Assembly: GCA_951406725.2 (NCBI GenBank)
Contig: OX597828.1
Coordinates: 44,020,001 to 44,084,000 of the forward strand
Source: Octopus vulgaris
Lineage: Eukaryota
Direction: 5' to 3'
Length of the DNA stretch: 64,000 nt
Shown: positions 43,277-57,883 of the stretch, one piece after another
Layout of the letters: each line of letters starts with the position of its first letter
How positions within the stretch are numbered: the stretch's first letter is position 1
Translations under genes and position numbers: made by a program
The notes under the pieces: generated by a model
What the model was told of the DNA's origin: nothing
What the model saw: the letters and a program-made list of their open reading frames with translations, nothing else
The model's database searches: none

Positions 43277-43547
43277 GCCAAATGAGATCGATAGAATAAC
43301 TTAGCAGTTAGCCAAACGAGATCGATAGAATAACTTAATGGTTCGCCAATGTTGATCGATAAAATAACTTAGCAGTTCGCCAAACGAGATCGATAAAAGA
43401 AGTTGGCGGTTTGCCAAACGAGATCAATAAAATAACTTAGCGATTCGCCAAATGTGATCGATAAAAAACTTAGCGGTTCGCCAAACGAGATCGATAAACT
43501 AACGTAGCTGTTCGCCAATAGAAATCGATGAAATAACGTAGCGGTTC
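43277..43547 (+). repeat. 34 bp minisatellite, 8 units, derived from SINE family B interior
   Basis: Unit gccaaacgagatcgataaaataacttagcggttc. Compare taacttagcggttcggcaaaagagaccgatagaataa at 48056-48092. Confidence 0.85.
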
Positions 43548-43562
43548 GATAAAGTGACATAC

Positions 43563-43804
43563 CGGACCATGTTAACACCAAAAATTATTTACATCAAAAA
43601 GGTGCTTTTTTTTCTCTGAAAATCCCTATTTTTTACGATTATTTTGACAGCGGTGTCGCCATTTTTCAGTGTGTTTCAGCCAGAAAATTGTTCACTTAAA
43701 GAGAATAACAAGCTACATAATGCAATATTTTTACTTTTCAAAAATTCCAATTCTAAAGGGTCGAAAAGAAAACAAACCCGAGCAATGCCGGGCGATACTG
43801 CTAG
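43563..43804 (+). mobile_element. Helitron-like 3' terminal fragment
   Basis: GC-rich hairpin cccgagcaatgccggg (43777-43792), then CTAG (43801-43804) followed by T. The left boundary is uncertain. Confidence 0.6.
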
Positions 43805-43885
43805 TAAAAGAATAAATGAATATATATATATTTCGTTTTGGGATTTGGTTTGCAAGATTCTTTTTATGAGTTCGTGTGTTGAAGC

Positions 43886-43990
43886 ATATTCTGTTGTGTC
43901 TGGGGAAAGTCATTTTCCTTTTGTGCCTTATATTGTGTTATATTATAAGGCACAAAAAGAAAATGACTCTCCCCAGACACAACAGAATAT
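43886..43990. repeat. ~47 bp inverted repeat between TA-rich flanks
   Basis: atattctgttgtgtctggggaaagtcattttccttttgtgccttata and its reverse complement, with two mismatches. Confidence 0.85.
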
Positions 43991-44183
43991 ATATACACAT
44001 ATACAGAAAGAGCGAGGGAGAGAAAGAAGAGAGAGAGAGAGAAAGAGAGAGAGAGAGTGATAATGTCCAGTGTCAGTAAAAATAATACTGACGTACATGG
44101 AAAGGTAAGTAGGCACCACTTTCAAATCGTTAACAACTATTGTCTGTGTGCTAGTAAATTACATGTACATCTCTAGTTATCTC

Positions 44184-44219
<36 letters not shown>

Positions 44220-44329
44220 TGCATGTGTGTGTAAAAGTACGGAGATATACATAAATATTCATATATATATACATATGAATGAATATATATATATATGAAT
44301 ATATATATATATGTATATATATATATCTT

Positions 44330-44371
44330 ATTATTATCATATTATTATATATCTTATTATTATATATTATT

Positions 44372-44450
<79 letters not shown>

Positions 44451-44510
44451 CTATTATTATTATTATTATTATTATCATTATTATTATCATCATCATCATC
44501 ATCATCATCA

Positions 44511-44576
<66 letters not shown>

Positions 44577-44594
44577 CTATTATTATTATTATTA

Positions 44595-44683
<89 letters not shown>

Positions 44684-44733
44684 ACTATTATCATCATCAT
44701 TATTATTACTATCATTATTATCATTATTATTAC

Positions 44734-44781
<48 letters not shown>

Positions 44782-44804
44782 CATTATTATCATTATTATT
44801 ATCA

Positions 44805-44845
<41 letters not shown>

Positions 44846-44895
44846 ACTATTATCATCATCATTATTATTACTATCATTATTATCATTATTATTAC

Positions 44896-44943
<48 letters not shown>

Positions 44944-44966
44944 CATTATTATCATTATTATTATCA

Positions 44967-45006
<40 letters not shown>

Positions 45007-45082
45007 TATTATCATTATTATTAATTCAAATATATTTCTTATTACTATCATTATTGTTGTTATTATTTTATTATTATTATTT

Positions 45083-45118
<36 letters not shown>
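44330..45118. repeat. (TAT/CAT)n tract with higher-order ~160 bp duplication
   Basis: Interruption pattern ataactattatcatcatcatt.. recurs at ~44681 and ~44843. Confidence 0.9.
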
Positions 45119-45612
45119 TTTTACCTTCGCACCTCCTTTCTTGGCTTTCCTTCTCTCTGCGTATTTTAAACTACCGGTGGTATTGACTACACAATATCGC
45201 GCTAAAAGCAATCAAGAACGACATCGGCTCAGTGTGCACCGCAAGTACAACGGTCTTAATCAGCTTCTCTTGAAGAGACCGCCGCTGTTTCTTTCGCAGC
45301 AGCCCGTCTTTCTTGCACTCTTATTGCTGTTTAATCAAACAACTTTGTCTTTAATCATAGAGAATGTGGTGAGAAAATTCGAAGCGTAATAAGCAAATTG
45401 TAGCAGCCGCACTGCCAATCTTTCTGCCGTTGTTTGAAGGCGAACCTTTCATAAGCTGGAAGAAAGAAAATGAACACTTCAAGTAAAAATGAAAAGACAT
45501 AATAATGAAACAAAATATCACACACAAAAGAGACAAAATGGCGATATAAATGAAGTCAAACGGTTTGCTAATGGCCGACATTGAAGCATACACACACAAA
45601 CACGCATACTTT

Positions 45613-45665
<53 letters not shown>

Positions 45666-45686
45666 AATATAATGTAATATAATATA

Positions 45687-45741
<55 letters not shown>

Positions 45742-46257
45742 GTACGTATGTATGTACGTAGATATATTAAAGTTGCGGTAAAGAATTTGTCGTAAAGCAA
45801 AGAAGACGACAATTGCGGTGAAAAAGCATTGTTTCTTTCCTCTTGTTTCTCACCCCCCCCCCCCCACTTCCCCCGTATATCCTTCATATATTCATTATCA
45901 TTATCATTATAAGTTCCGTGTATATTTTTTAGCAGAATCGGCCAATTAATGGACAGATAGCTATGCAGTACCGAGATAGCGCTCTCTTTCTCTCTCTCTC
46001 TTTCTCATTTTCGGAGACAGAATAAAGTATAGCAAAGTAACGTGTCGCTTTCATCGTAAAAAAAACTAGTGTTAACAGATATTTCTTTGTTTGTCCTTCT
46101 TAGATATGGTAAAGCACCCCTTCGGTTATTAATTACTTTCTTGGTGATTGCGCCAGGAAAGTTACCCTCCATGGCATAAGTCCGGGCAAGGTTCTTTCAT
46201 AGAAGACCAGCAGTAACCCTTGTATACCCACCTCTCGTCTCCACGCCACTCTTTCAC

Positions 46258-47447
46258 TCTTTCCTCTTTTGCTTGTTTCAGTCATTTGACTGTGGCCATG
46301 CTGGAGCACCGCCTTTAGTCGAGCAAATCGACCCCAGGACTTATTCTTTGTAAGCCTAATATTTATTCTATCGGTCTCTTTTGCAGAACCGCTAAGTTAC
46401 GGGGACGTAAACACACCAGCATCGGTTGTCAAGCGATGTTGGGGGCACAAACACAGACACACAAATATATACACACACATACATACATATACATATACAT
46501 ATACATATATACCACGGGCTTCTTTCAGTTTCTGTCTATCAAATCCACTCACAAGGCTTTGGTCGGCCCGAGGCTATAGTAGAAGACAGTTACCCATGGT
46601 GCTACGCAGTTGCACTGAACCCGGATATTTCTACAAAAATTACGAGGCCAGAAAATTTTGTGGGGTGTGATGGGATGACTAGTGGATTACATTGTCCCCA
46701 TTGTTTTCATTGGCACCGATTATTCGGATGAAAAGCAAAGTCGATCGCTGCACAATTTGAACGCAGGACGTTACGCGAGCGAAATACCTTTAAGCATTTT
46801 GCTCGGCGTGCTCAGTGGTTCTGCCAGCTCGCCGCATTACATATTCAAGTAATAAAAATCCTTTCTGTTATCGGCAAAAGGCCTGAAATTTGGTGGACGT
46901 GCATAGTTGATGACATCGACCTCAGTAATCAACTGGTATTTATTTCATCGTCCCCGAAAGGCTGAAAGGGAATATTGACCGCTGCAAAATTTTAACTCAG
47001 ATGAACTAACGGTTCTGCTAGTTCGCCGCCTTGCATATGAAGATAATAACTCTTCTCTGCTCCAAGCACAAGGCCCAAAATTTCGGGGAGTGGGAAAGTC
47101 GATTAGATCGACCTCTGTACACAACTGGTATTTATTTAATCGACCTCGAAATTATGAAAGTCAAAGTCGACTCCGGCGGAATTTGAACTCAGAACGTAGC
47201 GGCAGAGGAAATACTTATTTCTTTACTACATACAAGGTGCTAAACACAGAGAGGACAAACAAGGACAGACAAACGGATTAAGTCGATTATATCGACCCCA
47301 GTGCGTAACTGGTACTTATTTAATCGACCCCGAAATGATGAATGGCAAAGTCAGCCTCGGTGGAATTTGAACTCAGAACGTAACGGCAGACGAAATACGG
47401 CGACGCATTTCGCCCGGCGTGCTAACGTTTCTGCCAGCTTGCCGTCT
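46258..47447 (-). mobile_element. Cluster of SINEs: family B (46258-46625) and several family A copies or dimers (46630-47447)
   Basis: Repeated cgaccccgaaa..ggcaaagtcgacc..gaactcagaacgta..ctgccagctcgccg motifs of varying divergence. Confidence 0.85.
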
Positions 47448-47656
47448 TCATATGAAAATAATAAGTAGAACAAGAAGAATGAGTCTGATATATTTTCTGA
47501 CTTCAGCGGTGTTAGACAATCACATTTCAAATCAGAATAAACGACTCTCAAATATATATGTATACATGATGATGATGGCCGTCCCATCGTTATCGAGGAA
47601 AACCATTCCTGACTAGTGTGGACATTGTGCGCAGAGGACTACCCTATATTTACACA

Positions 47657-47690
<34 letters not shown>

Positions 47691-47720
47691 CATACATACA
47701 TACATACATACATACATACA

Positions 47721-47754
<34 letters not shown>

Positions 47755-47790
47755 CAGGCACATATATCTATATATCTATATATATATATA

Positions 47791-48172
47791 GGCGCAGGAG
47801 TGGCTGTTTGGTAAGTAGCTTGCTAACCAACCACATGGTTCCGGGTTCAGTCCCACTGCGTGGCATCTTGGGCATGTGTCTTCTGCTATAGCCCCGGGCC
47901 GACCAATGCCTTGTGAGTAGATTTGGTAGACGGAAACTGAAAGAAGCCTGTCGAATATATGTATATATATATAAGTGTGTGTGAATATGTTTGTGTGTCT
48001 GTGTTTGTTCCCCTAGCATTGCTTGACAACCGATGCTGGTGTGTTTACGTCCCCGTAACTTAGCGGTTCGGCAAAAGAGACCGATAGAATAAGTAATCCC
48101 GGGGTCGATTTGCTCGACTAAAGGCGGAGCTCCAGCATGGCCGCAGTCAAATGACTGAAACAAGTAAAAAGA
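47791..48172 (+). mobile_element. SINE family B, full length
   Basis: A box tggctgtttggtaag, B box ggttcagtccc, CORE-like gtggcatcttgggcatgtgtctt, internal TA/TG tract, A-rich tail. Confidence 0.9.
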
Positions 48173-48195
48173 GAAAGAAAAAGAGTATATATGTA

Positions 48196-48272
<77 letters not shown>

Positions 48273-48785
48273 ATATGATGTACATACATGTGTACATAAA
48301 TACACATTGACTTATATTCACATTTACATATATGTATATGATTATGTATAGAAACGTGTGTGTATGTGTGTGTGCGTGTATGTAAGTATGTACGTATAAA
48401 CATGTATGTATGTATGTATGTATGTATGTATGTATGTATGTATGTATGTATATATTTATGTATGAATATGAATGCATATATTGTATATATGTGCCTGTAA
48501 GTCTTTGTGCATATGTGCGCTCGCAAAAATATGTTTACATTGTATGCACGGTAATACTTAATCTCAACAGATTAAACTTATCTCTCTTTAGAATCTGAAG
48601 ACGAACTGTCAGGAATTCTGTTTAATATGCTAATTTAATTATTAACGCGGCGCTCTGTTTTATATATTTATATATTTTTATTTTTATTGATGTTTTGTAA
48701 TCATTATGTTTCTTAGTATGGTTCTTATTATTTGGGGTGGCCAGGGTGCTGGTGGTGCACATACATACATACATACATACATACA

Positions 48786-48821
<36 letters not shown>

Positions 48822-48864
48822 TTTATGTATGTGTATTTATATACTCACACACATATATATGTAT

Positions 48865-48909
<45 letters not shown>

Positions 48910-49021
48910 TGTATGTAATAATGTATGTGTGTATGCCTAATGTATATCTATTTTCATGTATATGCATTCGTTTATACAAACAATTCTGTTTTTATATAAT
49001 GCGAGTGTATGTATATATAAA

Positions 49022-49053
<32 letters not shown>

Positions 49054-49193
49054 TATATTATATATATATATACATACAATAATATATACATACAAATATA
49101 TATATATATATGCATGATATACATATATATTCAACATATATGTTTTACACATACCTATCTCGCTATCGACCACTCTATATACATATACATGCG

Positions 49194-49271
<78 letters not shown>

Positions 49272-49344
49272 ATATGTATGTACATATAATATGTAAGTAT
49301 ATTTATATCGATAGATATATTCATACATACATACACAAAAATAT

Positions 49345-49352
49345 GTAGATGA

Positions 49353-49383
<31 letters not shown>

Positions 49384-49475
49384 TATAGATAGAGACATAC
49401 AGACAGGCAAACTCATTGATAGAAAGTTAAACAGGTTAATAGGCAGATAGATAAAACGATCGATCGATAGATAGG

Positions 49476-49556
<81 letters not shown>

Positions 49557-49661
49557 CAATGGATAGACAGACAGGTAGATAGATTGATAGATAGACAGGC
49601 AGACTGATAGAAAGATAAATTGGTAGATAGAAATAAAAACTAATAGAGATATAGACACATG

Positions 49662-49704
<43 letters not shown>

Positions 49705-49770
49705 TGATAGATAGATATATAGATATAGATAGATAGAGAGATAGATAGATAGATAGATAGATAGTTAGAT

Positions 49771-49859
<89 letters not shown>

Positions 49860-49878
49860 CAGACAGAGAGATAGATAT
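49345..49878. repeat. (GATA)n microsatellite
   Basis: Direct reading. Confidence 0.95.
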
Positions 49879-50446
49879 GGCGGTCTCACATCGTTTAATA
49901 TTGCCACTTTCGTTATGAACTGATTGGCGTGATGATGGTTAGTGAGCGGGGACAGGAGATTGGATGAGAGTCGTATAGAAGCCCTGATTCGCACTAAGGT
50001 TTCAGCAAAAAGCGGATGAAAGGGTAAGTGAGGGAGACAAGGTGGGAATGTATGTATAAGCGTGCGTTTATTTGTGTATGTGTGTCTTTATGTAATTTTG
50101 AATGACAGGGATTACGGGGTTAGGACTTGTATTATTTGCCCCAGGTTGGACTTACTCAGTTCGGGGCAAAGATCTACGATTTCGAAGAGGAAACCTGGAG
50201 GTTTCCTTTCTTTTTCATTTGATTTTTTAAACTTAGAATAATGTCTGTGGCAGCCGTGCGCATCACGACAATAAATTATTGGCTGGAAACGTGAATTTTT
50301 ACGAATATTTATGTATAACTATATACATGATATATCCATATGTGCATATTGTCAACATCTTTCAGTTTCGAAGACATTCTCTGTCTGTCTCTCTGTTTCT
50401 CTCTCTCTCTCTCTCTTTGTTTATGCATGAATACATATATACATAG

Positions 50447-50491
<45 letters not shown>

Positions 50492-50819
50492 GAGAGAGAG
50501 AGAGAGAGAGAAAGATAGAGATAGATAGATATGTATGTATATGTATATTTATGTGTGTGTGTGTGTGTGTGTATTCATTTGTGTATGTATATGTGCAAGA
50601 ATAGAGGCTGGAAACATTACTTTATGTAAAACATACATTTTCAGTTACATGCATACATATATATATATATATATATGCGTGACTGTGTGTTCCTATGGGT
50701 GTGTTTGTGTGTAAGCTTCTATGCACGCACGTACATAGAGCGAAAATACGCACGTACATTCTGAGTCTATGTACGTTTTTTCCACCGTGCGTATATGATT
50801 GAATGTAGAGACAACTTCC

Positions 50820-50850
<31 letters not shown>

Positions 50851-50909
50851 TAAATGTATATATATATATACATATACACATATATACATAAAGATAGATA
50901 GATAGACAT

Positions 50910-50977
<68 letters not shown>

Positions 50978-51269
50978 GTGAATGTATAAAAGTCATCCAC
51001 ATGTATAGGTGCGTATGTATATGTGTGAACATATATTATATACAGTCTTGCACGAGGTTATAGAAAATGTGTGAGTGGGATTGTACATGTTTGCATGATA
51101 GATTAATGTATGTTTATATGCATGTGCCTTTTGGACACATATTTACACACCCGTGCACACACTCACACGAAAATACTTAGAAATGTTGAGACACGTACGC
51201 ACAAGCATGCGTTCCTGCCCTTAGCCTCACAAAAGCATGCACATATATACACGTGTTTGTGTGAGTAAA

Positions 51270-51322
<53 letters not shown>

Positions 51323-51560
51323 TTATTTATTTATATATGTGTGTGTATATGTATGTGTATATATATGTATATACATATGCATGTATGTATATATATGTAT
51401 CATATATTCACACATGTACATGTATTTATATATATATTTCAATATAAATGTATATATATATATATATAAATGTATGCATATATATGTATATATATGTATA
51501 TATATATATGTATATATATGTATATGTATGTCTATATACATATGCATGTATATATATATG

Positions 51561-51601
<41 letters not shown>

Positions 51602-51670
51602 GAATACACGTATATCTATATATATATATGTGTGTGTACGTATATGTATTTATATATATATGTGTTTGTG

Positions 51671-51725
<55 letters not shown>

Positions 51726-52521
51726 ATATACATATATATGTGTGTGTGTGTGTGTGCTTGCCTGTGTATGTATGATCTCATGAATGTGTGTATGCGTGCA
51801 CACGCACATAGAGGTCTGCGCATGGATTTAAGTATTAATATATGCATTTCATTGACGCAATGTATATATGCGGTTTCCTCCCGGGGCACCGATCCTTTTC
51901 CCCTCTTTTTTGCTCTTACTCCTGAGTAGTAAAGCACCGTTGTTAATCCCTGTATTATGATTTAATCAAAATGTAAATTAGAAATTCGTAAAAACGGGAT
52001 GACGAATCCTGCCTCTCATCCCACCATACTCCTCCGTCCAGCTGCGGTAAACCATTCCACAAAGACACAATCTTTGGCCCAGGGTGATGTTGAAGGATGC
52101 GGCGGCGATGGCGACGGGACTGGCGGTGAGGGCAGCGACGGTGGCGGCGGCGGCGGCGGCGGTGGAGATGGCTATTGCGGTAGCAGTGGTGGTGATGGTG
52201 ACGGAAAGTGTTTTTGTTGTTGTTGTTGTTGTTGTTGTTTTCTTGCATTGTACACTCACTTACACCATAGCATCATCTGGTTTTGTTTATTCGGTTTTAT
52301 ATTTTATTAATTCTTTTTTAACTTTTGTATTTATTTATATTCATAAAAAATATTTTTTTATGCTGTTCTAAATTATCTTTCTTTGCTGTGTCTCTCCAGA
52401 GATACGTGTTTATCAGTATATATATATATATATATGTATGTATTACATATGTGTGTGCGTGAGTGGGTATTAATAATATATTCACACATATACGCACCCA
52501 CCCACACAAACGCGCACACAT

Positions 52522-52648
<127 letters not shown>

Positions 52649-52658
52649 AATATATATA

Positions 52659-53756
52659 CAGGGGGCGTTGTGTAAACTGTCGCCATTTTATATTTTAATT
52701 TCGTGCATGCGCGGATTTTATTTTTTATTTTGTCGACTACACACTATAGTGGGGTCAGTTAGGCACCGTCGGTGAGAAACACAGTACCATGTCATAATTC
52801 ACTCTGTGTGTCCTGGCATTCGCGCCGGAAGCTCCAGTACGAACATTTCAAACATTTCAGTGTGTTCGGGTTTCAATCTGAGAACGGGGTAATCTGAGGA
52901 CATGTACCGAATGTGTTAAAGATCAAACATCCACTTAACATCATGGTGTTCGCCGTAATAGCGACGTTATGCTTTCATTCATCTTTCTACACGGCCTCAC
53001 ACTCAACACAGAGACCTATATCAAATGCCTGGAGAAATTAATGATGCCCTGTGTAAAGAGGGTTACTGCTAAAGGATCCAATCTCTGGCAACAGGTTTCT
53101 GCACCACGCAACACAAGTAGGAGAACCAAGTAGTAACTGTCAGACAATTTCGGCGACCACATCACCCTTAACAACTAGCCACCTAATCCCTCAAACTGAA
53201 TGGAACCCTTATGATTATTATGTGTGGGCGGCGGTTGAGCGGTAGACCAAGAAAACTTGTAACACCAAAACTGAAGTGAAGGCAAGGATTATTGTAAGAA
53301 TCACCAACTTCAACAAGGAGACTGTTCAGAAGAGTTCTGGAGATTCTGAAGTCTGGAGGTCGTGGTTGAAGCCAATGGCGATTTTATTGAATAAATTTAC
53401 TCCTTAGTATTTCAAGATATTTTTTTTATGTAATTTTGGTAAATATATCTGTTAAAATAAGATGACAGTGTTATTTTCAATTTTACGTAAGATGGCGATC
53501 TGGCAGAACCGTTAGCACACCGAGCGAAATGCTTAGCGGTATTTGGTTTGACTTATACGTTCTGAGTTCAAATTCCGCTGAGGTTAACTTTTTAGTTTAA
53601 CCTTTTGGGGTCGATAAATTAAGTACCTGTTTCGCACTGGGGTCGATCAAATCGACTGCCCCCCCACCTCAAATATTTCAGCTCTTATGCCTAGAGTAGA
53701 AAAGAAAACTTTTTATTTTTGCACAATTTAGACGACAGTTTATTCAGCGCACCCTG
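52659..53756 (+). mobile_element. Deleted DD37D (maT-type) Tc1/mariner element with both TIRs
   Basis: TIRs cagggggcgttgtgtaaactgtcg / cgacagtttattcagcgcaccctg, TA on the left. Remnant KHPLNIMVF..LNTETYIKCLEK..WQQVSAP..LSDNF..PPN..DYYVWAAVE..VVEANGDFIE*, with ~37 residues between the second and third catalytic positions. Confidence 0.8.
53489..53705 (+). mobile_element. SINE family A nested in the maT element
   Basis: aagatggcgatctggcagaaccgttagc..gttctgagttcaaattccg..tagaaaagaa. Confidence 0.85.
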
Positions 53757-53821
53757 CCCATAAAAACACACACATATTATGTGTGCATATATATAAACAC
53801 ACTCTTATGATACATACATAC

Positions 53822-53921
53822 NNNNNNNNNNNNNNNNNNNNNNNNNNNNNNNNNNNNNNNNNNNNNNNNNNNNNNNNNNNNNNNNNNNNNNNNNNNNNNN
53901 NNNNNNNNNNNNNNNNNNNNN
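53822..53921. other. Assembly gap (100 N)
   Basis: Exactly 100 N, a scaffold placeholder of unknown true size. Confidence 1.
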
Positions 53922-54357
53922 ATATATATGAACTATAAAATGGGACGAGAACGCAAAACATCCAGGCAGTTAGGTGATACAGAAAAACGGGGACAACAAA
54001 ACGTCAAGATAGACGATACAAAGAAAACAAGTACGAGTCATTCGGAGTTTTCTTTCCTGAGTCGAGTTCCAGATTATCTTTGCAATTTCCGCTGGTTATA
54101 CTCGAGATTGCTCCAATCTGCCCAGGTAAGTATGTGTCTACGTATGGTATGGTACTGTATTGTATTGTATTTCCTATAAACATACTTACTTTAGCATGGG
54201 GTGCAATGTTATTTCTCTAACTTATATCGATAGAGAACAATATCTGCAATTTGTATTTATCTGTTTTCTTTTTGCAAGGTCTTTGATATAGCCACTATTA
54301 AAATTTGGTAGATAGGAAGTGTAACTAATACAGTGTCGTTTTCCTTTTGTTACCATC

Positions 54358-54588
54358 TGTTTCTTTATTGCCCACAAGGGGCTAAACATAGAGGGGACCG
54401 ACAAGGACAGACAAACGGATTAAGTCGATTACATCGACCCCAGGGCGTAACTGGTACTTAATTTATCGACTCCGAAAGGATGAAAGGCAAAGTCGACCTC
54501 GGCGGAATTTGAACTCAGAACGCAACGACAGACGCAATACCGCTAAGCATTTCGCCCGGTGTGCTAACGTTTCTGCCAGCTCGCCGTC
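54358..54588 (-). mobile_element. SINE family A monomer with perfect 17 bp TSD
   Basis: ttccttttgttaccatc at 54341-54357 and 54589-54605. Confidence 0.95.
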
Positions 54589-55187
54589 TTCCTTTTGTTA
54601 CCATCATCAACTGGAGAGTCGCAAAGCGTGCGTTATATATTTTGGATCATTTATATAGAATGGTGAATTTGTGGAAGGTTTTACGTGTATGCTGCACCCA
54701 TTACTATTACGACTTACTACGGTTATTTTAAATATTCAATGTCCAGAAATATTTTTAAGATCTTGCAATAATTCAGATCTGCCAGAAACTCATTTCGTAT
54801 TCTAAAATTGTATCTTAACCTTTTGACTGGGTAATTGAATTTCCATGGTGATTCTCCTAATGACGTTAATTATCCACCGAAAAATAAAATTGGTATTTTC
54901 TGCTTCTGTAATGCTTTTTGTGTGTCTCCTGTCGATACGTTTTTCATATCCATCACTAAAAGCATTTGAATTTTTGCCGTGTAAAGAAATATCGGATAAA
55001 ACTATTGGAAAAAGAAAATTAAGAAAACTTGAAGAATTGTGTTTTAATAATAAAAAAATGTGTCACTGAGGGTATCTTCACCCCTTTTGCAGCATAATGG
55101 GGGTGGAATGGGGCTTTTCAGAGCCAGTAGGAGGTGCTACTTTCTTCATTGAGGGAATAAAAATTTCGAGTAGATATATCCTCTTTT

Positions 55188-57398
55188 CATTTCATCATCA
55201 TCATTGACACCGCCGTCGTCATCATTATCATCATAATCATCATCATCGTCGTCGTCGTCATCATCATCATCGTCACCGTAGTCGTCGTGATCCTCCTCCT
55301 CCTCATCATCATCATCATCAACATTATCATCAATATCCTCATCATCATCGTCACCGTCGTCATCATTATCATCATCATCATCATTGTTGTCGTCGGGTCG
55401 TCGCCGTCATCGTCGGGGTCGTCGGCGTCATCGTCGGGGTCGTCGGCGTCATCGTCACCATCATTGTCATTGTATTCATCATCATCATCAACGTCGTTGT
55501 TACCATCGCCGTCATCATCGTCGTCCCCATCACCACCACCACCACCATCATCATCATCACCATAATCTCTAACAGGCCAAAAAAGCATGACCATCAGCAT
55601 TATCAACGGAAAGGTCAGCCACGTCTGTGGCTAAAACACTAAGAACTCCAAAATTCTACAACAGAGACAAGAGAAACAACATACTCCACCTCCCACTTTT
55701 ACTCATCACCATACACAGCCTCATACTCATCCCCAGTCGCATCGTCGTCGTCGTCGTCCACCCTACTTTATTTGTAATGACACAATGCATTACACAGTCA
55801 TGTTTAGAATGCATTTGACCGGAAGTGGGTTAGGATTGGATTGAGGAGGGAATTAAACAATAACACCTCCAGCAACATCAACAACAACAAGTGCATGAAA
55901 TAGAGCAACAATATCAAACAAGAGAAGCTGTATAAATGAACCTGTTGTAAAGACCAACGGAATTTCCCTCAAATTCCTCATTTCCAGTCCAAAGTTATGA
56001 ACAGATACGATGTGTAACCGCAGAAGACCTTTTTATAAAAAAATGGCGTCCAAGTGACGAAATTGACTGGAAAAAAATAAAGGATACGATTGTAAAGGTT
56101 GTAACGTCTTTGGTTATAGATCTGCTGAATATTGGTTGATCGATGGCTAAGAACAACCACTGGTGGAATGGAACAATCACCTGGTTTAGCACCAAGACCA
56201 GGCATATATATTGGTGCATTGTGAGGAAAGCTGTTCTGTCGCAAAAATTCGGGATGATGTTTCTGGTTTCTCCCAATCTCCCCCTCTCTCTCTCTTTCTC
56301 TTACTCTCTATCTTTCTCTCTGTCTTTCTCTTTTTTCTCCCTCTCATTCGGTTTCCTTCTCTCTTTTTCTCTTTTCCTCTTTTTTTCTATCTCTCACTCT
56401 CTTTTTTCTCTCTCTCTCTCTCATTTTCTCTCTTTCCCTCTCACTTTCTCATCCTAACCTTTTCTCTCAATTCTCTCTCACTTCCCCTCTTTCTTCTTTC
56501 TCATTGCCTTTCTCTTTTCCTTTTTTTTCTCTCTCTCTCTCTCACTCACTCTCACTTTCTACATCTCAGTTTCTCTATCTCTCTCTTTCTCGCTCCCTTT
56601 CTCGCTCACTCCCTCTCTCACCCCTCTCTATTTTTCCCCAAACTCTCGTTCTCTTTCCCTCTTTCTCTCCTTCCCCTCCGCTCCACAAGTAGTGTACGCC
56701 CTGCTTAGTGAACATGGACACTCTTGTGAGGTAGAAGATTTTCATGAAACAACAAAAACAGAAGCATCATGGTTCCGATATCAAAACTCACACAAACGAA
56801 TTGAACAAGAAATGCAAGGATCCGAAACTCAACCAAAATAAAACCGCTACAACTACAACCATTTAAACTACATTACTACTACTACTACTACTACTACTAC
56901 AAGAGCTACTGCTCCTACTACTACTACTACTACTACTCTTACTACTGGTGCTGTCCCTCCTCCTCCTCCTCCTCCTACCACCACCACTACTACTACTACT
57001 ATTACTGCAAGAGCTGCTGCTTGTACTCCTCTTGCTCCTCCTCCTCCTACTACAACAACAACTACTACTACTACTACTACTACTACTATTACTTCTACTG
57101 CTACAAGAGTTGCTGCTTGTACTCCACCTACCCCTCCTCCTCCTCCTCCTCCTCATCCTCTCCTATTACTACTACTACAGCTACGAGAGCTGCTGCTTCC
57201 TCTACTACTGCCCTAGTACTGATGCTTCTACTACCAGTACTACTACTACTACTTCTACTACTACAACTACAAGAGCTACTGCCACTACTACTACCGCTGC
57301 TTCTAGTACTACTACTACTACTACTACTACAAGAGCTGCTGCTACTACTACTAATGCTACTTCTAATACTATTGCCACTACTACTACTGCTACTATTT

Positions 57399-57432
<34 letters not shown>

Positions 57433-57449
57433 AACAACAACAACAACTA

Positions 57450-57481
<32 letters not shown>

Positions 57482-57500
57482 ACTACCACGACCGCCAAGA
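55188..57500. repeat. Low-complexity blocks: (CAT/CGT)n 55188-55562, polypyrimidine 56273-56682, (CTA/CCT)n 56870-57490
   Basis: Direct reading. Confidence 0.9.
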
Positions 57501-57828
57501 ACAACGAGAGTAACGACAGGCAACACTTAGGAACATAGATCCAACCAACACCTGCAATAAAATCTCTATCAATCACAAACAAACAGAAGCCACCAACAAC
57601 ACAGCTCTATCAACGCCGTCACCGTCGTCTCCACCACCTTCAGCAATGGACGCCGACTGTAATATCTACCGCAGCCGCCGCCATTAACAGCCGAAACCTA
57701 CAAGTAAACCGCCACACCACCAGCACCAGGCGAAACTAATGCCAACCAAACACCAGCCATTAACCAAAAGCAACAGATAAGCTCCTGCCATTTTATGAAG
57801 ATTGAAAAACGAATATATACATACATAC

Positions 57829-57883
<55 letters not shown>

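Noticed and set aside
43277-43547. CRISPR-like 34 bp repeat
   Set aside because: Units are contiguous with no spacers, there are no cas genes, the context is eukaryotic, and the unit derives from a SINE.
50135-50207. Two short adjacent hairpins resembling a terminator or structured RNA
   Set aside because: Only 8 bp stems, single copy in the window, and no context; expected by chance.
55960-56270. Possible coding exon (W-rich frames)
   Set aside because: Stops interrupt the frames and there is no recognisable family or convincing splice-site pair; it may be old TE debris.
57205-57582. Mucin-like Thr/Ala-rich ORFs (also 59499-60173)
   Set aside because: They are built from (CTA/CTG/CCA)n microsatellite mosaics like others in the window, with no signal peptide or flanking domains.
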